In this document: piece after piece, positions 11,881 through 22,478 of the stretch | How positions within the stretch are numbered: the first letter of the stretch is position 1 | Layout of the letters: each line of letters opens with the position of its first letter | Assembly (NCBI GenBank): GCA_045837725.1 | Contig: JBEWZL010000278.1 | Location: forward strand, 62,001-126,000 | DNA: 64,000 bases | Direction: 5' to 3' | From: Vermamoeba vermiformis | Taxonomy: Eukaryota | The notes under the pieces: generated by a model | Database searches by the model: none | What the model was told of the DNA's origin: nothing | Seen by the model: the letters and a program-made list of their open reading frames with translations, nothing else | Program-made: the position numbers and the translations under genes

Positions 11881-14292
11881 TTAGAATTTAACGCCGTGAC
11901 GACCGAAGAACAAGTCCATCTGTTTTTTAACGAACTTGGCGCCTTCGTGCTCAGTCTTGATGTGGTCTGGAATGCCTGGCAAACCATTCAAATTAGCCGC
12001 TAGAGTAGCGAAGCCTTTTTGGAGGTCATTCATATCTTGCTTATGCTCCATAGCGATCATCTAACAAAAAAGAAAATTGATCAGATCCTGATCCCTGTTC
12101 AATAGTGCTGATGTGGGATCATATAGTTATATATGTATATTACCTCGATAGGCTTGATGTTAACAGGGTCGGGTAACATTGTAGGGCAATCAGTTCGCGG
12201 TGTGTCGCGTTCGAGTACGATCTGCTCAAATGTAGCGGCATACTTGTCACTATAGAGCAATCCAATAAGACTATGAACACTATATAAACTTCATACATAT
12301 CGATACTTACCGCTGAGTCAAGTAGTTTGGCAAGTTGAACATCTTACGAACGGTAGCGTAAACGGATGTGTGATCGAAATAACTTGATTCAGGCTCGTGA
12401 ATTAAAGTGCCCTATTTGAGCAATGTTAATTAGTATCGTTACTATATACTTTCCTTATTTAATCATTAAATTTGGTCGAAGAGTTAAGGAGATCTAGGTT
12501 CCGTAACTAGTTACCTTGTTGATCCACGGTGAAATCATTAAAGTGGGAACACGAACGCCTAATCTATCGAAGTTGAATGCAGGGTCGCTAGAATTAAGGC
12601 CGTCAGGATTAGGCACGTTCATTGGTGGCGGAACATGATCGTAGAATCCACCATGCTCGTCAAAAGTAATTATCAAAAGCGTTTGATTCCATTGTGGTGA
12701 GTTTCTAACGGCATTGTAGACTTGCTTAATCAATAATTCGCCTATAATCAACGACAAAAAGTTTAGCTAAGTCAGATCTTGGCCGGTACAAAAATAATCG
12801 AATCCGGATTCCGCTTACCTTGAGAAACGTCATGCGATGGGTGCTGATCATTAGCAGGATAATAAGGAATAGAATAATATCGTGGCTCGATAAATGAAAA
12901 TTGCGGCAAAGTACCAGCTGCAGCGTCGCTTTCAAATTGCGTCAAAATGCCGTAATTATGTAACAGATAAGTCGGGGAACGAAGTCTCCTCAAGAATCTA
13001 TATGACATAGTTAATATGTGCCATACTATATTATTGACTACGTACACAGCTGAAGGAAACATCTCAAAGTAGATCTTCCATGAAACGCCTTGATCGTAGA
13101 ACTCGTCAAAGTACGTGCGTTGAGGCAAGCCCTCAGCCATAGTAATAGGGTCATTGTTGCCGACACCGTGAGAAGTACCAGATAACAAATAGAATCTGTT
13201 GACCTCAGTAGGGCCTAGAATAGTCGTTAGAACATGACGGATCCACGAGATCTATTTTTAGCTATGAAAATCTTTCTATTGCAATTTGCTAATTATAGTT
13301 ATAAAGCTACATATTGCATTATAGCTAATATGATTATATTAAACCGCCTTAATTTAATTAAATAATAATATCAATTTCAAAAGACTGATCTCCGCGGAGG
13401 TCCACGGTTCACATTGAGTTATGATCCATCTTATATATATCGATATAGTAAATATGACGTATCCTTACCTGGCACTGAACTGTACCATCGATCAAATAGC
13501 GCAAACTCCTTGGCTAACGTAGCCGTTACTGAAATACTCGAATTTGAAAATGATTGCATGATAGTAGCGCCCCATCCCTAATTTTTTACGTGTTATTTAC
13601 ATGAACATAATAAATACGCGTTGAATTTCATTAAAAGAAGGTTAAGCATGATTTAGAAGCCAAGATCTAATTTAATCGAAAAGTCGTCAAGTCCAAAACT
13701 GAGTTATGCGTTGTCTTAAAAATATGATTACCTGTCCATTTTCTTCTGCACTAGCAACGAATCCGGACATATTCGGAGCATCTTTAGGGCCAGGGTTATG
13801 AGTTCCAAAAATTTGTAAAGTTGCATCTGCGTTGCAAAATGAAAATTAGGCTTTCAAAAATATGCATAATATTCTATATATGCCATCATAATATAATATA
13901 ATCGTAAAAAGGGCTTGCAAACGATTTCACATTTAGAACTTAGTTAATAAATCACGCGACTAGATTTTAAAATTACAAATAAGCTTTCTATAGCGCTAAA
14001 AATTACCTGTAATTTGATGACCTGGATTATTAGTCACGAATGAAGACTTATTGCTGACATAGACTCGTTTGGAGTTGGGATCTTGAGGATTGTAAAGGTT
14101 ATATTCGTTGCCTGTAAGTCCATCGATATCGGAGTTTAGTGTTTGTTTTAAATAACCACAATAGTGATCAAAACTTCTATTTTCAAGCATAAGCACTACA
14201 ACGTTTTTGATCGGGGTTTGGAATTTTGGAGCACCAAGTACATCCGCTGAAAACAGCAAGACGATGATGCCGATAATAGCAACAGATCGCAT
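11881..14292 (-). CDS. Secreted phosphoesterase, non-specific phospholipase C (NPC/PlcN) family
   Basis: Signal peptide; [40 protein letters not shown] and [16 protein letters not shown] motifs across several exons. Confidence 0.92.
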
Positions 14293-14407
14293 ATTACCCA
14301 CGCAAATGCAAATAAAGGTTGTGTGGTGGATCTGATCCAAAATTAGTTAAAAATAAAAACTTTTACGGCAAATCATTTTATCCGAACTTCTGTGAACATC
14401 AACACAA

Positions 14408-15393
14408 ATGAAATATCTATCATATTCTTTATTTATCCTGTCTATCACTCTTAGCGTACTGGCCCAAGCTCCTGTGCCCAATAACATTGACCTGGATCAA
14501 CGATGCTGTTTCCAGTTCAACGATCCGCAGCTCCCTAGCTTTATTTTGCCCGCTCCGCAATTGAATTCGCCTGGAGACATCCAATTGAACGTAAACAACT
14601 CGATTACTTTGTATAATGGCCATGCCATCAGCCAAGGTAAAACTAATTTCGAACCGATGGTTTTGATCCGGCTTTTTTTCGAATCTTTTTAAAATTGCCG
14701 CCGTTCAATACCATCAATAGAGTAAAATTTTCCATAAAATACTCAAATACGCATAAATAATTGATTTGATTCGTGTTTCGAGGAGATTTCTTTTGATCTA
14801 CGCAGATCCGCTTTAATTCACCCGCACCGCAATCTTTGACATAATTACCTTCTAATTTCGTACATGCTTTTAAAATAAGCTGATATGACCTTATTTAACA
14901 GGTTGCAATGGTGACCGCACCTTTTACAAGGTGAACGGAACTTGGGTCGAGACGTACGTGGATGCCAATGGCGAAAACCGAACTGGAATTGACTTGTTTT
15001 ATGCTACCGGTAATATTATACTCCCTACAATCACATATTTACCCTTTCAGACCTTGATCTAACCTTACCGAATCCTAGCTACGGATCATTTGAACTTCAG
15101 AACCATTCAAACTTGGCAAAGAAATATTGCGGAAGTATTAAATGATCGACTCATCGCGGTTATAATAACTTGCAACAATGGCGTGACTTCGTGTCTCAAA
15201 TTCACCGTCAACGGTACTATTGTGGACGATTTGGCTGGCGATGCGCCAGGTTACTGCGGTAAATAATATCATATTAATGTATATTAGCTTCATAGAGTAT
15301 TAATTGTATATTTTTTAAGGCGGAGCGGGCTCGTTGTTCTCTTCGATCAGCATTGTTATCTTGATCTGCTCGGCTTTGCTTACTTTGTTCTGA
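14408..15393 (+). CDS. Secreted, probably GPI-anchored Cys-containing surface protein of unknown function
   Basis: N-terminal signal peptide MKYLSYSLFILSITLSVLA; 4 exons; C-terminal small residues plus hydrophobic tail GGAGSLFSSISIVILICSALLTLF. Confidence 0.7.
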
Positions 15394-15634
15394 AGCACCA
15401 ATCAACCTTATTTATTATGACACAAGCATTTAATACTAAAGAATATCCTTCTTACAACTCTATGGGCTGATTCGCTTGGCTTAAAGATTCGGATCGAGCA
15501 CTAAATGGCTTCATGAAGCTCACGTTTAATACTCATATTTTGTGATAATGGCAAGATAACGTGACCCAAACTTAGCAAACTTGGCGATACCTACGATTGA
15601 TGATTTAATTTCATTTATGTTATTTGACAAAAGC

Positions 15635-17508
15635 TCAACACGACAAATGTTGAAGACCAAAGTTTTGCTGGAGGTACTCGATGGCTTTGGCATGGTGTTC
15701 AGGTGACTCACAAAGCATTCGATGATATTTTTGGGATTGCATCTCATTGTGTCGCTGTTCTTCGAGAGTGACATGTTTGACACGTGTCATCAACTGGTTG
15801 ACACTTCGTTTCAGTTTGGTGTTCGATGGTGGAGGTTGATCGAGAAGAGCTCCATCAGCGATCAATTGTGTCAGTACTGTCATGTCTTTGATTTCCATGT
15901 CTGGCACGTACTTGTTGAAGATTATCAAACTGCTCCTTAAGGATGCAGTATTCAAAACAGTTTGACGTGTTGCGATATGCAGGGTCAAGAATGATATTTT
16001 CTCCTTGATTGAGTCCACTGAAGTAATCATGCCATAATACATGTCTGGTGTAAACCCGGCACCACCGCTAACAATAACTGCGAATAGAATCGATTAGAAA
16101 GTCACAATTTCGCTTCTTATAACCATACGTACTCTGTCCGACTGAAATATTCGCAGCAGATTTGTGCGATTTGGTCCAACTTGAATCGATGAAAGAACCA
16201 GCCAATAACCTTTAGAAAGTAAATTAGTACTTATATTCAGTAATCTGTTGCTTACGCGTTGGCCCTATCGTTGGTGTGTGCATGAGCGATGGTCAAAAGT
16301 TGTCGTTCAAGAACAATTTGATCGATGCTCGTCATCTTTGACAACAAAAACGATGCTTTTTCTTCGTCATATCGCGACTTGATGTAATTGGTTATATTCT
16401 TGACAAATTCTTGCTCGACACCCCAACTGATCAGATCCGTGTTGTTTTTCCACATTGATACTGAAAATCATTTTTAGCCTGTTATCAAATTATTATACGA
16501 AGATAACTACATACTGTCGTGCATTCGACCAAGTCCGTAATAATCACGAAAGCCATAATAAGCGATGTAATGGCTTTCATTGCTGACCTCATTCAGAGGT
16601 TGTTCAAGCTCGGAGCCGAAAGAAAATACTGGCGAATAGCTTTTTGCTTTGAACTGCAAGTAGAATCCTAACGAAAACAGGATTTTAAATTAACCGATTC
16701 TATTTTGGTGTGATTTACCTGTTGCAAACCATGCGCCAGGAAACAATGCGTCGGTCCACTTTATGAGCATCGAGTCCAAGATTGCTGGAACCCATGTCCG
16801 GTTTGTCACGTGATAATATCGTGGCAGAGGCCGGCCGTTGAATTTCGCATCATCAATATAGATATCTCTGATTGCCTTTGCTTCACTGAGGCGTTGATTT
16901 GCACAGGATCTGACAAAAAGTAACACGTCAAATAAAATTGGATTTGAACGCGTTTGTGGCTAAATTACGCAGTAAATTACTTACGACATATTGTTTTGCT
17001 GCATCGAGAGCATTTTATCAATGAGAAGAAGAACGTTGTTGCGAAGTTGTTGTCTGATCTTCGGCTCATTGAAACTATCGAATATTGGAGGTCTTGAAGC
17101 TCCGCTTTCGCTGGCAATTTTCCGAATAAAATCAGTTGAATAGATTGTTCCAGAATCGACGAAATCCGTGTCGAATAAATTAGCAAAATTTGGATCTTGC
17201 TCGATCAGCGAACAACTTGCTGTTTAAAATAAAATTAATTTGAGGTCCTATAATAATAAAATAAAATTACAATAATTATATTATTAACCAAATAATTGTT
17301 AAGTTAACTACGACAAATTTTGCAAATTTATTGGCAAGCATAGGAATAACAGCTTGCCTGAATGGCGAATGAAGGAGCGTACGGTCGCATGAAAAAATTA
17401 GTAAATTTAATTTACGTTGAGCATTAAAACTGAAATCGAGAATAATGTGAGGATAATTAAAAACAACTTACCAATTGCAAGAAAAATAAATATGAATGTC
17501 AATCGCAT
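15635..17508 (-). CDS. Array gene copy 4; apparently intact, with enlarged intron 1
   Basis: Signal exon MRLTFIFIFLAI at 17508; the checked exons are in frame; ends HLSC-TGA. Confidence 0.85.
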
Positions 17509-17618
17509 TACAATAACTTGCCAACGCTACAGTTAATATAATTTGACGCAGCGTCAACACTCTAGAGCCGTGTGCATATTAATAAAAAGAACTTTCGTCG
17601 AATTCAATTAACTTTTCA

Positions 17619-17792
17619 GCGAAAGTTCCTACGAAATTGTAGCAACTTGTACCAAAAATAGAATTTTTTTTAATGGCAGTATTTTGAGCTGGCGACTTCC
17701 GTGGCAGCGTCCGTTGCATTGGTATTACCGCAAGCCGTTGGCGCGAACTCCACAGCTCTTCGTCGAAGCTCGCACGGAAGTTCCTGCCGCAG
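17619..17792. repeat. Conserved non-coding element upstream of copy 4, repeated at ~19929-20113 and ~22033-22142
   Basis: Shared GAAAGTTCCTA...CTTGTACCAAAA...GAGCTGGC..GGTATTAC..GCAAGCCG block upstream of all three minus-strand copies. Confidence 0.8.
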
Positions 17793-18145
17793 TTTGAAAC
17801 AGCAAAAACTCCTCCGTTTAATTGTTTCCGCTGCGAGAAATGCGAGAAAGCTCAGCGGAACAAGTCGAGTAATAGAGTACTTTAAAAAAAATTTAATTTT
17901 TAATCGTGCCAGCGGATTTTTGACCTAATTTGTTCCGGACCAAATTTGAGAACAGGTTATGTTTATCGGACTGAAAAATCGGACGTCCAATTAGGCTAGG
18001 ATAGCCTACATAGACTACGATGTATTATGGCAGATTCTGTTTGATCGTTGGCTTCTATTGCGGATCTGGAAATTGCGGGCATCGAAGTTTAACGGTAAGT
18101 AGACCCGCTGCTGAGGCACATTTTTATCGTTAAACTTTCGTAAAT

Positions 18146-19801
18146 TTAACACAACAACTGTCGAAGACCGAAGTTTTGCTGGAGATACTCGATGGCTTTG
18201 GCATGGTGTTCAGGTGACTCACAAAGCATTCGATGATATTTTTGGGACATGTTTGACACGTGTCATCAACTGATTGACACTTCGATTCAGTTTGGTGTTC
18301 GATGGTGGAGGTTGATCGAGAAGAGCTCCATCAGCGATCAATTGTGTCAGTACTGTCATATCTTTGATCTCCATGTCTGGCACGTACTTGTCGAAGATAA
18401 AATTGTAGCTCCAGGGTTCAGTCTTCAAAACAGTTTGACGCGTTGCAAGATGCAGCGTCATGAATGATATTTCCTGTTGCTTGTTGTCCACGGAAGTAAT
18501 CATGCCATAATAGAGGTCTGACATAAACTTGGCACCTCCAACAATAACTGCGAATAGAATCGATTGGCAACTCGCACTTTAACTTTCGCTTATAAGTTAT
18601 AACAATACGTACTCTGTCCGATTGACATATTCGAGTAGAAATGTTGAATTCACTCCAATTTGAATCGATGAAGGAACCCACCAATACCCTAGTAAAGTAA
18701 GTTAATACTCTATTTATATCATTTTATAATATTATTACGCGTTGGCCCTATCGTTGGTGTGTGCATGAGCGATGGTCAAAAGTTGTCGTTCAAGAACAAT
18801 TTGATCGATGCTCGTCATCTTTGACAACAAAAACGATGCTTTTTCTTCGTCATATCGCAACTTAATGTAGTTGGTGATATCCTTGACAAAGTCTTGCTGG
18901 ACACCCCAACTGATCAGATCCGTGTTGTTTTTCCACATCGATACTGAACATCATTTTTAGCTAATTATCTAATTATTATACGAGTTCACAACGTACCATT
19001 GTGCACTCGACCAAGTCCGAAGTGAGTACGAGGACCATAGTAAGTGGCGTAATGGCTGTCATTGCTGACCTCGGTCAGCGGTTGTTCAAGCTCGGAGCCG
19101 AACGAAAAAACCGGTGAATAGCTCTGTGGACTCAGGATCGCGTAGAATCCTAATAGGAAATGTTTTACTATAAAGTTTGCGTTAGGCACTTGTTGTTGTT
19201 GAGCTTTACCTGTTGCAAACCATGCGCCAGGAAACAATGCGTCGGACCACTTTATGAGCATCGAGTCCAAGATTGCTGGAACCCATTTCTGTTTCGTCAC
19301 GTGATAATATCGTGGCAGAGACCGTGCTGTTGAATTTCGCATCATCGATGTAGATATCTCTGATTGCCTTTGCTTCACTGAGGCGTTGAATTGCACAGGA
19401 TCTGCTCGTGTAAAAAAAAATTGCTTCGCAAGTGGTTTGTGGCTAAATTACGCAGTAAAGTACTTACGACATATTGTTTTGTTGCATCGAGAGCATTTTA
19501 TCAATGAGAAGAAGAACGTTGTTGCGAAGTTGTTGTCTGATCTTCGGCTCATTGAAACTGTCGAATATTGGAGGTCTTGAAGCTCCATTTTCGCTGGCAA
19601 TTTTCCGAATAAAATCAGTTGAATAGATTGTCCCAGAATTGACGAAATCTGTGTCGAATAAATTCGCAAAATTTGGATCTTGCTCGATCAACGAACAACT
19701 TGCTGTTTAAAATAATTATTTTGAGGTCCGATAATAATAAAATAAAGAAATGATTACTTACCAACCGCAAGAAACACAATTATCAATTTCAATTCGTTCA
19801 T
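18146..19801 (-). pseudogene. Array gene copy 5; pseudogene with three frame-disrupting lesions
   Basis: +1 insertion near 19324 (exon 3), 1-nt deletion near 18632 (exon 6) and a 35-nt deletion near 18247 removing TLEEQRHNEMQ relative to copy 4. Confidence 0.85.
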
Positions 19802-20198
19802 AATTTTAAGGTAAAGTGCTGCTTTCGTAGATCTAGTAACAAACAAGATCGTAGGTAAAAAAGAAAGTTTCGTACGAAACTGAGGCTAAGCGTTCTATGA
19901 TAAAATAAAAAATTTTACTATTCAGCGCGCGAAAGTTCCTATGAAGTTGTAGCAGCTTGTACCAAAATATAGAATTTTTTTTGATGGCAGTATTTTGAGC
20001 TGGCGACTTCCGTGGCAGTGTCCGTTGCATTGGTATTACTGCAAGCCGTTGACGCGAACTCCGCACGACGTCGAAGCTCGCACGGAAGTTTCCTACGAAA
20101 GTTCCTGCTGCAGCGGATCTGGAAATCGGGGTTTCGTGGGCATCGATTTTTTAACGGTTAGTGGACCCACTGAGGCACATTTTTATCGTTTTTTAAAT

Positions 20199-21890
20199 TC
20201 AACACGACAAGTGTTGAAAACCAAACTTTTGCTGGAGGTACTCGATGGTTTTGGCATGGTGTTCAGGTGACTCGCAAAGCATTCGATGATATTTTTGGGA
20301 TTGCATCTCGTTGTGTCGCTGTTCTTCGAGAGTGACATGTTTGACACGTGTCATCAACTGGTTGACACTTCGTTTCAGTTTGGTGTACGATGGTGGAGGT
20401 TGATCGAGAAGAGCTCCATCAGCGATCAATTGTGTCAGTACTGTCATATCTTTGATTTCCATGTCTGGCACGTACTTGTTGACGAACACGTATCTCAAGC
20501 TAATCAGTGTGGTGCGAACGGTAGTTTGACGCGTTGCGACGTGTAATCTCATAATCGTCATTTCCTGCCGCTTGTAGTCCACTGCAGCAATCATTTCGTA
20601 TGGCATGTAGGTCAGCGCGGAAGCGCGCAAGAGGACTAATTACATAGTAAATAAGCCAGATGCAAAAAACCTATTTCAAGACGTACTCTGTCCAACAGAA
20701 ATGTTCGCGACGGAAATGTTCAATTTGGTCCAACTTGAATCGATGAACGAACCCACCAATAACCTTTTAGTGATAAAGTTGATAATTACATCATAGTATA
20801 ATATAATAAGCTTACGCGTTGGCCCTATCGTTGGTGTGCGCATGAGCGATGGTCAAAAGTTGTCGTTCAAGAACAATTTGGTCAATGCTCGTCATCTTTG
20901 ACAACAAAAACGATGCTTTTTCTTCATTGTATCGCGATTTGATATAGCTGGTTATATTCTCAACAAATCTCTGTTCGACACCCCAACTGATCAGATCCGT
21001 GTTGTTTTTCCACATTGACACTGAAAAAATTATGTTTAGCTAGTTATCAAATTACAATACGAAGTTCACAATGTACCATTGTGCATTCGACCAAGTCCGA
21101 AGTGACTACGAGGACCATACAGCGAGGTATAATGGCTGTCATTGCTGACCTCGGTCAGCGGTTGTTCAAGCTCGGAGCCGAACGAAAAAACTGGCGAATA
21201 GCTCTGTGGACTCCGTATTAAGTAGAATCCTATATGCCACCTGTCAATAAAGCTAGTATTAATTATTTTTGTGCCGTACCAGTTGCAAACCACGCGCCAG
21301 GAAATGCTGCGTTGGGCCCACTTTATGAGCATCGAGTCCAAGATTGCTGGAACCCATTTCTGTTGTGTCACGTGATAATATCGCGGCAGAGACCGTCTGT
21401 TGAATTGCGCATCATCTGTATAGATATCTCTGATTGCCTTTGCTTCACTGAGCCGTTGAATTGCACAGGATCTACGAAAAGTGACACGTCAAATAAAATT
21501 GTCAATAAAAATTGCTTCGCAAGTGGTTTGTGGCTAAGTTACGTTGTAAAATACTTACGATATATTGTTTTGTTGATTTGATAGCATTTTATCAATGAGA
21601 AGAAGAACGTTGTTGCGAAGTTGTTGTCTGATCTTCGGCTCATTGAAACTGTCGAATATTGGAGGTCTTGAAGCTCCATTTTCGCTGGCAATTTTCCGAA
21701 TAAAATCAGTTGAATAGATTGTTCCAGAATTGACAAAATCTGTGTCGAATAAATTCGCAAAATTTGGATCTTGCTCGATCAACGAACAACTTGCTGTTTA
21801 AAATAATTATTTTGGTCCGATAATAATAAAATAAAGAAATGATGACTTACCAACCGCAAGAAACGCTATTATCAATTTCAATTCGTTCAT
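20199..21890 (-). CDS. Array gene copy 6; one +1 C in exon 3 (homopolymer error, pseudogene, or rescued by intron retention)
   Basis: Signal exon MNELKLIIAFLAV; TGGGCCCAACGC near 21316 versus TGGGCCAACGC in copy 3; the other checked exons are intact. Confidence 0.7.
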
Positions 21891-22478
21891 CGATTTTAAC
21901 GTAAAGGCTCGCTGGTTGTTACTTTCGGAGATCTTGTTTAAAACAAGATCGTGTGTATAAACAGAAAGATCTGCGAAATAAAATAAAAAAAACCAATTGA
22001 TTTTGTTTTGTACGAAACCGTTCTTTTCAACTGCGAAAGTTCCTACGAAGTTGCAAGCAACTTGTACCAAAAATAGAATTTTGAGCTGGCACTTCCGTTG
22101 CTGTGGTATTACTGCAAGCCGCTGGCGCTAACTCCGCAGCTCTTAATCTCCCGAAAAGCGAAATTCACATATCGGTTCACATGCGTACCGTCCACTATCT
22201 ATTTCAAATCTTACGACACTGTTTATATTGCAGAGCCTTGACGGGGAGAGGAATCATGGTGTTTTGAGACCACCGTATTTGGTGGCAACCAAAATTCGTT
22301 TTAACTTTCTAAATAATGCCTTCGCATCGAACATCGCACGTAGTATGTTACTTAGTTGGCCTTTTCAAGACTTACAATCCTGGCTTGCTTGAGGTCCAAC
22401 CGAGGCCATCAGAAAACAAAATTTGATCCATACTTTTTTCAACGCGCTTTCCATCGTTTTTATGTACATTCAATATGA

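Noticed and set aside
17356-17372. Short match to lacZ/pUC vector sequence (CATTCGCCATTCAGGC on the minus strand)
   Set aside because: Only ~16 nt with non-vector flanks; chance is likely.
17624-17649. Resemblance of AAGTTCCTA...TAGCAACTT to an FRT recombination site
   Set aside because: The spacing between half-sites is 8 nt rather than 14, and no recombinase gene is in the window.
2979-21890. Diversity-generating retroelement or CRISPR explanation for the variable repeats
   Set aside because: No reverse transcriptase or cas genes; the variation is not adenine-specific, includes indels, and the units are whole intron-containing genes.
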